Under the pieces are notes generated by a model. That model did no database searches. It was given only the letters and a program-made list of their open reading frames with translations, and was not told the DNA's origin. The translations under genes were made by a program, and so were the position numbers. A DNA stretch of 26,259 nt from a bacterium (GTDB lineage: Bacteria > Zhuqueibacterota > Zhuqueibacteria > Oceanimicrobiales > Oceanimicrobiaceae): NCBI GenBank assembly GCA_046757165.1, contig JBHHXT010000054.1, positions 1 through 26,259 of the forward strand, read 5' to 3'. Position 1 is the first letter of the stretch, and each line of letters starts with the position of its first letter. Shown in pieces: positions 1-11,477 of the stretch.

Positions 1-2
1 TG

Positions 3-48
3 TCCCCTCCCGGGAGGGGAGCGGGGCAAATCTCCTCCCGGGAGGAGA
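3..48. repeat. Pair of REP-like hairpins (TCCCCTCC-CG-GGAGGGGA and TCTCCTCC-CG-GGAGGAGA)
   Basis: Two near-identical perfect palindromes at 3-20 and 31-48, downstream of the minus-strand LOG gene. May continue beyond the window edge. Confidence 0.6.
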
Positions 49-227
49 CAGAAAATGAACTTGTTCATTTTCAGAGGTGGGTTTGGCCGGAGATGGTTTT
101 GCCCGTTTTCTTGTGATTTCGACTTAGAGATATTGGAGATGCTGATGAGAATCTTGCTTTGAAATCCGGACCTGGCCAAAGCGGCGGGCCAGATGATAAT
201 CTGGCTTCAAATTGTTGACTCAGCCAT

Positions 228-803
228 TTATTCTCTGTCGAGCCATTTTTCAATCAAAGGTGGCTGATAGGAGATGAGCTTTTGCAGCAAGGTCTCCGCA
301 CCCTCTGCAACCAGGACCATGGCGCGGTGCGCCTGAGCCAGAAATCGTTGCTCAACGGCATGGTCGAGAAAGCGAATGAGATGGGTGAAATAATCTGTCA
401 CATTGAGCAGGCCACAAGGTTTTCTGTGTAAGCCGAGCTGTGACCAGGCGAGGGCCTCAAAAAACTCCTCCAGGGTGCCGAGTCCACCGGGAAGCGCGAT
501 AAAGCCGTCTGCCAGGTCGGCCATCAGCATCTTGCGTTCGTGCATGGAGTCGACAATTCGCTGGTCGGACAGGGCCGGATGGGCGACTTCCTTGTCGACG
601 AGAAACTTCGGGATGACGCCGGTGACGTGCCCGCCGCTGGCCAGCACGCTGTCGGCGAGCATGCCCATGATGCCGACGTTGGAGCCGCCATAGACCAGGC
701 CGATTTTCCGCCGGGCCAGAAGCTGGCCCAGATTTTCAGCCTCAGCACGATAATCGGGCCTGGCGCCCGGGCTGGAACCACAATAGACGCATATGGTGTT
801 CAT
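228..803 (-). CDS. LOG family (TIGR00730-type) nucleotide 5'-monophosphate nucleosidase / phosphoribohydrolase
   Basis: N-terminal ICVYCGSS, LVYGG, MHERK and the PGGLGTLEE (PGGxGTxxE) motif. Start set at ATG 803, with GGAGG at 809-813. The longer ORF start at 899 lies inside a repeat element. Confidence 0.92.
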   Translation of the reverse strand: MNTICVYCGSSPGARPDYRAEAENLGQLLARRKIGLVYGGSNVGIMGMLADSVLASGGHVTGVIPKFLVDKEVAHPALSDQRIVDSMHERKMLMADLADGFIALPGGLGTLEEFFEALAWSQLGLHRKPCGLLNVTDYFTHLIRFLDHAVEQRFLAQAHRAMVLVAEGAETLLQKLISYQPPLIEKWLDRE

Positions 804-840
804 TTTTGCCTCCAAACTCAGTCGTGTCCAGTTATGTAAC

Positions 841-1009
841 GGGGCTGTCCCCAAAAGGCCCCTGTGCCTGTCATTTCGAGCGAACCCGAGAAATCTCATA
901 GGGCAAGGGACTGCGGTGTAAACAATTGTTTCCCAAAACCCTACGATGAGTGCACAGTCAGATTCCTCCCTTCGGTCGGAATGACATTTCTGGGCTTTTG
1001 GGACAGCCC
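841..1009. mobile_element. MITE-like element with terminal inverted repeats and an internal inverted repeat
   Basis: Left end GGGGCTGTCCCCAAAAG (841-857), right end CTTTTGGGACAGCCC (995-1009). Internal inverted pair at 869-896 and 960-986. A second right end, GGCTTTTTGGACAGCCCCC, lies at 1065-1083. Confidence 0.7.
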
Positions 1010-1111
1010 TGACGATTCAACCTCAACGAGTCACGACATGAAGGTCGTGTTACACAATCTTATCGGCTTTTTGGACAGCCCCCGGATCATACAGCGGCCC
1101 CGAGTGCCAGA

Positions 1112-1876
1112 CTACAGCATCAAACACGCCTCCGCCGCCAGCCAGATAAGCTTCTCCCGCAGCGTGGACCGTTTGACCCAGCCCCGGCTTTGCCACCTCT
1201 CGCCGCTGACATCATCGCCGCCATACAAAATCTGCCCAACGCAGACGTCGCGAAACCTGGCGACGGCGAACAGGGCAGCGGCTTCCATCTCCACCGCCAG
1301 GCAGCCTTCGGATTTACGCTGCAAGATTTTTTGTGGCGTTTCACGGTAGATGGCGTCCGTCGTCCAGGTCCTGGTGAGTTGATAGGGCAGAGCGTGCTTT
1401 TTCAACGTCCTTTCGATGGCCGCCACGGCCTCAGGGCTGGCCTCGACTTCGCGGGCCGGGGGCAGGTAGTGGTAGGAGGTGCCTTCGTCGCGAATGGCCG
1501 CCGTCGGCACGAGCAGATGCCCGACGGCGAGGTCGCTATCCAGAACGCCTGCGCCGCCACAAGCGATGAATTTTCGGCAGCCGAGGGCAATGACCTCCTC
1601 AAACAAACCAGCGGCGAGGGGTGCACCGACGCCTGGATGGAAAAGCGCCACCTCCCGGCCTTTGACAGAAATCACAAACACGAGATGAGCGCCCATTTCG
1701 CTCTTCAGCTTCTTGATTTTACGGGCTTTGCCAGCGCGGTGCAGTTTGTTGATTTCGTCGTTGAAAAAGCACAGCACGCACCTTTCCGGCAGGTCCATAG
1801 GTTTGACCGTATGTTGCGGCGTGATGATCGCCTGCGGCTCCGGATCGAATTCCAGGATGGGGTAAAGCTGTTTCAT
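1112..1876 (-). CDS. Nucleoside phosphorylase (PNP/UDP-1 family, uridine phosphorylase-like)
   Basis: Motifs GVGAP, GGAG, AIRDEGTSYHY, TWTTDAIYRET and VEMEAAA. Start taken at MKQLYPILEFD (1876). The upstream extension runs into a repeat. Confidence 0.88.
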   Translation of the reverse strand: MKQLYPILEFDPEPQAIITPQHTVKPMDLPERCVLCFFNDEINKLHRAGKARKIKKLKSEMGAHLVFVISVKGREVALFHPGVGAPLAAGLFEEVIALGCRKFIACGGAGVLDSDLAVGHLLVPTAAIRDEGTSYHYLPPAREVEASPEAVAAIERTLKKHALPYQLTRTWTTDAIYRETPQKILQRKSEGCLAVEMEAAALFAVARFRDVCVGQILYGGDDVSGERWQSRGWVKRSTLREKLIWLAAEACLML

Positions 1877-1936
1877 GGCGTGGCCAGGTTTGGGGTTAAG
1901 AATCCAAGATTTTTCGCAGACTTCGCGGCGAAAAAA

Positions 1937-2072
1937 GTCATTGGCGCTTCGCGCTGTCATTGGCCCTGCGGGCATCATTTGGTCAGTGGTGGCTTAATGA
2001 CGCCCAAAGGGCAAATGACAACAAATGACCAGCGAAGCTCAAATGACGGTTTCTTCAGGAAACGATTGACCC
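1937..2072. repeat. GTCATT/AATGAC-rich dispersed repeat, copy 1
   Basis: Several GTCATT followed by several AATGAC units. Homologous in inverted orientation to 4858-4960. Confidence 0.75.
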
Positions 2073-2086
2073 AAAAGAACTATCAC

Positions 2087-2545
2087 TCACTCGCTTTCCG
2101 CAGACGACGTATGGTCGTGCACAATGCGCCAGCCTTCTCGCGTCTTGCGCAGAAACAAGGTAAACAGTCCCCAGGGCGCGTCCTGCTCTCGCAGGAGCTG
2201 CCACTTGCCGAAGACCAGTCCCGCGTCCGCTGAGATCACGGTCACGTCGAGATTGCTGAACGTCAGCTCGCCCATGGCCGCCTTGCCCGGGTAGCGCGTC
2301 GTGTACCGCTGGAACACAGGCTGCCAGCCGTAGGAGATGGTTCCTCCGCTTGCGAAGCGCAATGAGTCTGACTTCCAGTATCCTTGCATGAATTTCTCAA
2401 TGCTGCCCTGATTCCAGCCCGCTTCGCTATCTTTCACGATAGCCAGGATTTCCCGCCGGGCGGCCTGTTCATCGAAGATGACTTGCTCTTGACAGGAACT
2501 CACACAGAGCAGCATAAAAAGTAGAAAAGCGATTCGAGTTTTCAT
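2087..2545 (-). CDS. NTF2-like (DUF4440/SnoaL-like) protein, probable lipoprotein
   Basis: Signal peptide MKTRIAFLLFMLLCVSSC, then WNQGSIEKFMQGYW ... GWRIVHDHTS, typical of DUF4440. GGAGG RBS at 2550-2554. Confidence 0.82.
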   Translation of the reverse strand: MKTRIAFLLFMLLCVSSCQEQVIFDEQAARREILAIVKDSEAGWNQGSIEKFMQGYWKSDSLRFASGGTISYGWQPVFQRYTTRYPGKAAMGELTFSNLDVTVISADAGLVFGKWQLLREQDAPWGLFTLFLRKTREGWRIVHDHTSSAESE

Positions 2546-2567
2546 TGTTCCTCCATCACAGTTTCTT

Positions 2568-2991
2568 CGTAGTGTCAAAAGTTTATTGACGTTGTACTAT
2601 CTAAGTTTCTGTACTCACGATACTTATGCAGCTCACCCAAACCTCTCCCCCTCAATCAATAGACCGCAACGCGGTCAAACATCGCAGCCCAGGGTTCATC
2701 CCGACTTGTCGGGATGAACCCTGGGGCGCTACGTCCTCAAAAGATGAGACCCCAACGGGGTCAAACAGGCTGAAGCGCGCGTGCTCCCGTTTGTGGAACC
2801 CCGTTGGGGTTCAGGTGAGCATTGCCTTGATGACCCAGGGGTGCCGCGCATGCGGCACCCCTGGGCTGTGTTGTACGACGCTTTCAGCGTCAGAACCGTC
2901 TCGCCTTCGTCGCACAGTGCTACCGGTAAAGCCATGCCTTATAAACGCATAAGCTAAACTTTCATTTTTTCATGAAACTTTTGACACTACC
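2568..2991. mobile_element. MITE-like element with 16-bp terminal inverted repeats carrying REP-like hairpins
   Basis: GTAGTGTCAAAAGTTT (2569-2584) and AAACTTTTGACACTAC (2975-2990) form a perfect inverted repeat. Flanks AGTTTCTT (2560-2567) and GGTTTCTT (2992-2999) match 7/8, a possible target-site duplication. No transposase inside. Confidence 0.72.
2688..2865. repeat. REP-like hairpin cluster
   Basis: 18-bp perfect stem (2688-2705/2708-2725), inverted CCCCAACGGGG and CCCCGTTGGGG motifs, and a 14-bp stem (2834-2847/2852-2865). Confidence 0.75.
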
Positions 2992-3093
2992 GGTTTCTTT
3001 CAGCGGCAGGGAGCACCTAGCCTGAATAGTTCGCGAACGATTGTTTTAGCCAGGTGTTTCCGAAAGAACATCCGCTGTGGACTGCACCCGGTT

Positions 3094-3198
3094 CCGTTTG
3101 TGGAACTCCGACAGCGGTTCAATAAACCACCGTCGGAGTTCCAGGTTGGGTTTACTGGGATGACCCGGGGCTCCGCGCATGCGGCACCCCCGGGCTGT
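3094..3198. repeat. Partial second copy of the REP-like hairpin cluster
   Basis: CCGTTTGTGGAAC (3094-3106) is identical to 2787-2799. GATGACCC..CCGCGCATGCGGCACCCC.GGGCTGT (3159-3198) matches 2829-2868. Extra hairpin at 3101-3143. Confidence 0.7.
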
Positions 3199-3233
3199 TC
3201 TGAATGACGTACCAGGTGACACTGTTTTTTTTT

Positions 3234-3267
3234 GGTGACTCTCGGTGACTTCAGTGATTTTCGGTGG
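3234..3267. repeat. TCGGTGA short-period repeat (half unit)
   Basis: GGTGACTCTCGGTGACTTCAGTGATTTTCGGTGG closely matches 10579-10612. Confidence 0.6.
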
Positions 3268-3282
3268 TCTAAGAATTTTGAC

Positions 3283-4359
3283 CTATTCATCCCGGATGTG
3301 CAATTTTGCCACTCTGCCATCAGCACCGGCGGCCCAGCCGGCGGCTTTGCCTGAACCGAAGTTCAGGGTATGGTAGCCGACCGTGTCGATGAGCGTCCAG
3401 GTCAGGCCATCGTCGAGGGAATAGCTGGTGGCGTGTGAGCCCACGGCCACGACCACCGGGGGTGCCGTTTGCGGCACATAGGCGACACAGGAACGGTACC
3501 CCACTGTCGCCGGCTCGGCAAGCAATTGCCAGGTTCTCCCGCCGTCACGGGTTCGCGCCGCATTGCCTGCCGCCGCCTGTGGCTGGGCATGGTCGCCGCC
3601 CACGGCAACACCGTTTTGCGCATCCCGGAAAGCGATGGAGAAAATGCCGGAGGACGGGGTGCCGCTCACCAGCGGTGTTTCGGTGACCCACCAGGTTTTA
3701 CCCCGGTCCGAGGAGTGGAAGATGCGGGCGGCAGCGCCGCCCGAGCAAATCCAAACCCGGGACGGACCCAGGGCGCAAATACCGGTGCCGCTGGCGGCGA
3801 AGCCGTATTCGCCATCATGCAGGGCAGGCAGGTGCTCCGGCGCCACAGGGACCCAGGTCTGGCCACCATCCGCAGTGGTCACGATCACATGTTTGCCGCC
3901 AACCGGGTCGCTGTAGGCGATGCCGTGCTCCCGGTCCCAGAAGGCCATGCCGTCGAAGAACGCCTCCGGGAGGGTGGTTTGAAATTGCAGCCGCCAGCTG
4001 CGACCGCCGTCGACGGTCTTGTAAATCCGCGACTTTTCTCCAGCGCCGGCGCTCATCAAGTAGGCAGTGTCAGCGTCGAACGCTTCCACGTCGCGGAAAT
4101 CGAGCGAATCTGCGCCGGGCACGCGGGGATAGTGCCAACTCTCGCCGCCGTCGAGCGTGCGCAGGGTTTGTCCGCCGCTGCCGCTGGCCCAGGCCACCCT
4201 GTCGTTGACCGCGCTCAAGCCGCGCAAAGAGGCCGTGACCCCACTTTTCTGAGGTTGCCAGCGCAGGCTGAATCTCTTGTCAACTTCATGTCCCGATTGT
4301 GCCTGCACGAGGCTGATATGAAGTAGACAACTGGTCAGAAGATAGAGAGGGGTTTTCAA
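3283..4359 (-). CDS. Secreted BNR/Asp-box repeat beta-propeller protein (Ycf48/WD40-YVTN-like)
   Basis: Repeated Asp-boxes: TLDGGESW, TVDGGRSW, TADGGQTW, SDRGKTW, TRDGGRTW, SLDDGLTW. Probable TTG start at 4359 gives the signal peptide LKTPLYLLTSCLLHISLVQA. Start is uncertain. Confidence 0.8.
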   Translation of the reverse strand: MKTPLYLLTSCLLHISLVQAQSGHEVDKRFSLRWQPQKSGVTASLRGLSAVNDRVAWASGSGGQTLRTLDGGESWHYPRVPGADSLDFRDVEAFDADTAYLMSAGAGEKSRIYKTVDGGRSWRLQFQTTLPEAFFDGMAFWDREHGIAYSDPVGGKHVIVTTADGGQTWVPVAPEHLPALHDGEYGFAASGTGICALGPSRVWICSGGAAARIFHSSDRGKTWWVTETPLVSGTPSSGIFSIAFRDAQNGVAVGGDHAQPQAAAGNAARTRDGGRTWQLLAEPATVGYRSCVAYVPQTAPPVVVAVGSHATSYSLDDGLTWTLIDTVGYHTLNFGSGKAAGWAAGADGRVAKLHIRDE

Positions 4360-4422
4360 TAGATTTCCCTTTTTTTCGGCAAATTCGTGGATGCCCCACA
4401 AGGGGGCATGGCTACATGGCAT

Positions 4423-4788
4423 TTAGAACGGTTTGTAGAGTGCCATGGTGGCGGCCACCGCACCGAGCGCCAGGATCACGTAACCGAGCATACCTGCTTT
4501 GGATTGCATGCGACCGAGCATGGCGACCGCCCCGCCCAGGATGAGCCAGATAACAAATTTCACCGCGATCCAGCCCCCAAACGATCCCCCCATTTTTGCC
4601 ACCATCAACACCAGGCCAAATCCGGTGGCCAGGAGCAAAAGCAGGCCAACACCGTGCAGCATGGCAATATTCTTTTTGACCGACTTCGTGCTGTCATTCA
4701 ACGCGGCCCGGATGATGGCGCCGCCTAATGACAGAAAAACCATGAGAATACCAAGGATGTGCAAGACTCGAAGCAAGTTGTAGGACAT
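4423..4788 (-). CDS. Small four-TM integral membrane protein (SirB2/DUF2269-like)
   Basis: Four hydrophobic segments with LHILG, MLHGVG and GWIAVKFVIW motifs. Strong AGGAGG RBS just upstream of the ATG. Confidence 0.75.
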   Translation of the reverse strand: MSYNLLRVLHILGILMVFLSLGGAIIRAALNDSTKSVKKNIAMLHGVGLLLLLATGFGLVLMVAKMGGSFGGWIAVKFVIWLILGGAVAMLGRMQSKAGMLGYVILALGAVAATMALYKPF

Positions 4789-4857
4789 GTTCCCTCCTTA
4801 GGTTGAGTTAGACGCTTGGCACTAGACATCGACAAAGTATTGTCGACAACTTATTTG

Positions 4858-4960
4858 GGGTCAATCGTTTGCTGAAAAGACCGTCATTCGAGCTTTGCTC
4901 CGTCATTTGGTCCTTGCTTGCTCGATGACGCCGCAGGGCAAATGACAGCGCGAAGCGCGA
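4858..4960. repeat. GTCATT/AATGAC-rich dispersed repeat, copy 2 (inverted relative to copy 1)
   Basis: Reverse complement gives GCGCTTCGCGCTGTCATTTGCCCTGCGG...CAAATGACGGAGCAAAGCTCGAATGACGGTCTTTTCAGCAAACGATTGACCC, matching 1944-1971 and 2022-2072. Confidence 0.75.
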
Positions 4961-4969
4961 AATATTGAG

Positions 4970-5041
4970 TCCACACGGATCAAAAACCCACGCTGAAAAT
5001 GTCTGTTCGAGAAATCCGTGTGGTTTTTTTGTCCGCGTGGA
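4970..5041. repeat. CACGGAT/ATCCGTG inverted-repeat element
   Basis: TCCACACGGAT (4970-4980) is inverted against ATCCGTGTGG (5014-5023) and GTCCGCGTGGA (5031-5041). Confidence 0.55.
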
Positions 5042-5070
5042 ATAGCTTACTTTTCCTGCCCCGCGGCCAT

Positions 5071-8154
<3,084 letters not shown>

Positions 8155-8161
8155 TATTCAC

Positions 8162-8282
8162 AATGGAACACGGATCTGAACGGAATGGAATGAGTCGAAG
8201 TTACTGAATCTGGCTTGTGTAGTTCAGCCGCTTGGTTTGCCAAAATCAGATCCGCGTAAATCCGTTCTATCCGCGTTCCATT
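8162..8282. repeat. CACGGAT/ATCCGCG inverted-repeat element
   Basis: AATGGAACACGGAT (8162-8175) and ATCCGCGTTCCATT (8269-8282) are inverted (13/14), with internal ATCCG iterations. Confidence 0.65.
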
Positions 8283-8319
8283 CATTTTCGGATGCGCCGC
8301 GTTAAAGCCGCAGAGGGTG

Positions 8320-10020
8320 TCACGATGATTTTGGTGCCCCCTTCTGTTTCTGCTCGATCCTTGCCCAGGAGTCCCGCAGCGTGACGGTGCGGTTGAACAC
8401 CGGCGCCCCGGGCGCCGAAGCGATGGTGTCGACGCAGAAATAGCCCTGGCGTTCAAACTGGTACCGGCTGCCGGGTTGGGCTTTGGCCAGACTGGGTTCG
8501 ACCTTGCAGCCGCGGAGCACCTGCAGTGAGTTCGGATTGAGGCATTGTCTCGAGTCAGGGGCGGCGGCCGGATTGGGCGTTTCGAAAAGGCGGTCGTACA
8601 AGCGTACCTCCGCCTCCATCGCATGGGCGGCGGAGACCCAGTGCAGCGTGCTTTTGACCTTGCGGCCGTCCGGCGAGGCACCGCCGCGGGTCGCCGGGTC
8701 GTAGGTGCAGCGCAGCTCGACCACTTCACCGGCCGCGTCTTTGACCACCTCTTTACAGGTGATAAAGTACGCGTAGCGTAGCCGAACTTCCCGACCTGGC
8801 GCCAGACGAAAAAACTTCTTTGGCGGGTCCAGGCGGAAATCCTCACGCTCGATATAAAGGACGCGCGAAAAGGGGACGGGACGCGTTCCCGCACCTGGAT
8901 CTTCCGGGTTGTTGATGGCTTCCATTTCCTCCACCAGGTCTTCCGGATAGTTTTCGATCACCACGCGCAGCGGCTTGAGCACGCCCATCACGCGGGGCGC
9001 GTGTTTGTTCAAATCCTCGCGAACGCTGTGTTCGAGCAGGGCGAGATCAACCATGCTCTCACGCTTCGCCACGCCGATGAGCTCGCAGAAGGAGCGGATG
9101 GCAGCCGGCGTGTAGCCTCGCCGGCGCAGGCCTGCGAGGGTCGGCATGCGGGGGTCATCCCAGCCGCTGACATGGCCCTCTTCCACGAGCTGCAGAAGCT
9201 TGCGCTTGCTCATAACGGTGTACGTCAGATTGAGTCGCGCAAACTCGATCTGCTGGGGGTGATGGATGCCCAACTGGTCGAGAAACCAATCGTAAAGAGG
9301 CCGGTGGTCTTCGAATTCAAGCGTGCAAATCGAATGCGTGATCCCCTCGATGGCGTCACACTGTCCGTGCGCCCAGTCATACATGGGATAAATGCACCAC
9401 TTGTCCCCGGTGCGATGGTGCGGCGTGTGTAAGATGCGGTACATGACCGGATCGCGCATGTTCAGATTTGGCGAGGCCATATCGATTTTGGCGCGCAGCA
9501 CGCGCGAACCATCGGGGAAGTCGCCGGCGCGCATGCATTGAAACAGGTCGAGATTCTCTTCCACAGCACGATTGCGGTACGGGCTTTCTTTGCCAGCCTT
9601 GGTCAGGGTGCCGCGGTACTCCCGAATCTGCTCGGCGGTCAGGTCGTCCACGTACGCCTTGCCAGCTTTGATCAGCTCAACGGCAAGCTGATAGAGTTGC
9701 TCGAAGTAGTCGGAGGCGTAGTATTCGCGCCCCTCCCAGTCGAACCCCAGCCAGCGAACGTCCTCTTTGATGGAGCGGACGTATTCATCTTCCTCCTTTG
9801 TCGGGTTGGTGTCATCGAAGCGCAGGTTGCATTGACCGTTGTGCTCGGCCGCCATGCCGAAATTCAAGCAGATGGACTTGGCGTGTCCGATGTGCAGAAA
9901 ACCGTTCGGCTCCGGTGGAAAGCGTGTGATGACCTTGCCCTCATTCTTGTTGTTTTTGATGTCCTCTTGAATGATATTGCGAATGAAATTGGGGACCTTT
10001 GAAGGCGCCGCTGCTGCCAT
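8320..10020 (-). CDS. glnS: Glutamine--tRNA ligase
   Basis: [17 protein letters not shown] (HIGH), [15 protein letters not shown] (KMSKS equivalent), QFERQGYF and FNRTVTLRD. No C-terminal YqeY domain. Start at MAAAAPSK with an AAGGA RBS. Confidence 0.97.
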   Translation of the reverse strand: MAAAAPSKVPNFIRNIIQEDIKNNKNEGKVITRFPPEPNGFLHIGHAKSICLNFGMAAEHNGQCNLRFDDTNPTKEEDEYVRSIKEDVRWLGFDWEGREYYASDYFEQLYQLAVELIKAGKAYVDDLTAEQIREYRGTLTKAGKESPYRNRAVEENLDLFQCMRAGDFPDGSRVLRAKIDMASPNLNMRDPVMYRILHTPHHRTGDKWCIYPMYDWAHGQCDAIEGITHSICTLEFEDHRPLYDWFLDQLGIHHPQQIEFARLNLTYTVMSKRKLLQLVEEGHVSGWDDPRMPTLAGLRRRGYTPAAIRSFCELIGVAKRESMVDLALLEHSVREDLNKHAPRVMGVLKPLRVVIENYPEDLVEEMEAINNPEDPGAGTRPVPFSRVLYIEREDFRLDPPKKFFRLAPGREVRLRYAYFITCKEVVKDAAGEVVELRCTYDPATRGGASPDGRKVKSTLHWVSAAHAMEAEVRLYDRLFETPNPAAAPDSRQCLNPNSLQVLRGCKVEPSLAKAQPGSRYQFERQGYFCVDTIASAPGAPVFNRTVTLRDSWARIEQKQKGAPKSS

Positions 10021-10085
10021 ATTCTCTCTTCCTTTTTGATCAAATAGTGGTTGCCTGTGAGCGTTCCGAGTCACGGACGAATGCA

Positions 10086-10114
10086 AGTATAAGACTCTTA
10101 TTTCACAAATTCAA
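10086..10114 (-). promoter_or_regulatory. Sigma70-type promoter for glnS
   Basis: Minus strand TTGAAT-N17-TATACT. Confidence 0.6.
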
Positions 10115-10208
10115 TAAGAATCACGCGATAGAACGCACGGGCGAATGAGCCGTTCTTGAAGTCATCTTCCTCGAGCAGGCGGCCCGGTTTTGTGCCCGAG
10201 TTCGGGTG

Positions 10209-10319
10209 CTATTTGTTCCTTTTTTTCCGCCCTTTCTTCTTCCGTTTCTTTGGGCGGCTTTTGCCGGACGTCCCTCGCCAGATCTTTCCTCGTCTTGTGC
10301 GTCTATCCCCTTTTCCCAT
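10209..10319 (-). CDS. thx: 30S ribosomal protein bTHX (THX/PSRP4 family), 36 aa
   Basis: [36 protein letters not shown] closely matches the known Thx motif [30 protein letters not shown] 7 nt upstream of the ATG. Confidence 0.92.
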   Translation of the reverse strand: MGKGDRRTRRGKIWRGTSGKSRPKKRKKKGRKKRNK

Positions 10320-10444
10320 AAGCATTCCTCCATTTGAGACCGGTTCTGAAAGATTGCCACGCCAGTTTGATGGCAACGTGCCCGCTGTTGACGCCACGGA
10401 GACAAAAAGTGCACTAAAATAACAAACTCGAGGTTCAAAATCAA

Positions 10445-10613
10445 CCACCGAAATTCCTTCGGTGACATTCGGGGCCTCGGCGATCTTCGGTGGACAAATC
10501 AGGAGCCGCTGTCTTTCCACCGAAGTTTAACAGAAGGTACCGACTGTCACCGAATTTCTCTTTGGAATGGAAGCCTTCGGTGACTCTCGGTGATTTCGGC
10601 GATCTTCGGTGGA
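10445..10613. repeat. Two tandem CACCGAA/TTCGGTG short-period palindromic units
   Basis: Units 10445-10494 and 10517-10613 both start CCACCGAA and end TCGGCGATCTTCGGTGGA. TCGG recurs every 9-10 bp. Confidence 0.7.
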
Positions 10614-10644
10614 TGAAAAACGGCCCGTGCGGGTGAAATAATCC

Positions 10645-10673
10645 TTGCCTTTCGTTTGTTGATTATTTAACTT
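10645..10673 (+). promoter_or_regulatory. Possible sigma70-type promoter for trmB
   Basis: TTGCCT-N17-TAACTT in an AT-rich stretch. Confidence 0.45.
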
Positions 10674-10748
10674 TTTGTCTTAAATCATCTCCTATTCTTC
10701 ATTCCAGTGGTCGAGTCAGCCCGGATTTGGCGGGCTCCAGAGAGCAAC

Positions 10749-11393
10749 ATGCCAAGAAAAAAACTAAAGAAGATGCTCGAGGTTGATTCATTCGCAAACG
10801 TGTTTCACACGAACTCGCATTCGTGCAGCTCTGAGCTGAAAGCGTACTTTGTGCATCCCGGTTCGATCACGCTGGAAATCGGTTGTGGGCGCGGCGACTA
10901 CTCCATCACCCTGGCGCAGGCGTGCCCGCAACGGAACTTTGTCGGCGTCGATGTCAAAGGCGCACGGCTGTGGACGGCTGCCCGCCGGGCTTTGAACCTT
11001 GGCGTCAAAAACGTGGCTTTTCTGCGGACGAGAGCTGAAACGCTGACAGAATATTTTCAGCCGGCGGAGATCGATGAGATTTGGATTCCCTTCCCGGATC
11101 CGTTTCCGAAGAAGCGAAACGTGCGCCGGCGGGTCACGGGCCCGGCCTTTCTCGAGGTCTACCAGCAGGTCTTGAAAAAAGGCGGCAAGGTCCATCTCAA
11201 GACCGACGACCAGGCGTTCTTCGATTTTACGTTGGCAAACCTTTCCGGTGAAGGTTTACCCGTGTTTGAATCCGTTGAAAATCTTTATCAATCCCAACCG
11301 GGAATCCCGGAAGTTGGGATACAAACCAAGTATGAGCAGCAACACCTGGCAGATGGCAGAACGATCAAGTACGTCTGTTTTGGGTTCAATTGA
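10749..11393 (+). CDS. trmB: tRNA (guanine-N7)-methyltransferase
   Basis: LEIGCGRG, NFVGVD, IWIPFPDPFPKK, HLKTD and QTKYE motifs. Start at MPRKK (10749). Confidence 0.93.
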   Translation: MPRKKLKKMLEVDSFANVFHTNSHSCSSELKAYFVHPGSITLEIGCGRGDYSITLAQACPQRNFVGVDVKGARLWTAARRALNLGVKNVAFLRTRAETLTEYFQPAEIDEIWIPFPDPFPKKRNVRRRVTGPAFLEVYQQVLKKGGKVHLKTDDQAFFDFTLANLSGEGLPVFESVENLYQSQPGIPEVGIQTKYEQQHLADGRTIKYVCFGFN

Positions 11394-11416
11394 CTTGGCG
11401 GCTGTGCGATCTGACC

Positions 11417-11477
11417 GTAGCCAGACCGCCCTTGTGGGGTATGCCAGGAGCAGCGACCCACAAGGGGTCGGGGCTAC
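11417..11477. repeat. GTAG-type REP-like hairpin downstream of trmB
   Basis: GTAGCCAGACCGCCCTTGTGGG ... CCCACAAGGGGTCGGGGCTAC is an imperfect inverted repeat bounded by GTAG/CTAC. Confidence 0.6.

Noticed and set aside
71..253. 60-aa minus-strand ORF downstream of the LOG gene
   Set aside because: It overlaps the LOG 3' end and has no recognisable motif or RBS.
1190..2233. 347-aa plus-strand ORF
   Set aside because: Antisense shadow of the nucleoside phosphorylase gene running into repeats; no recognisable motifs.
2626..3326. Short ORFs 2626-2952, 2729-2935 and 3000-3326 as transposase fragments
   Set aside because: They are translations of palindromic repeats, with no DDE or HUH motifs.
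4807..4837. Third ECF promoter upstream of the membrane-protein gene (GTCTAAC on the minus strand)
   Set aside because: The -10 box matches, but there is no GGAATA at 17-bp spacing.
10320..10520. N-terminal extension of the 103-aa ORF containing THX
   Set aside because: It begins in repeat DNA. The real start with an RBS is at 10319.
10445..10613. CRISPR array
   Set aside because: Units are degenerate 9-10 bp iterations without constant repeats and unique spacers. No cas genes are present.
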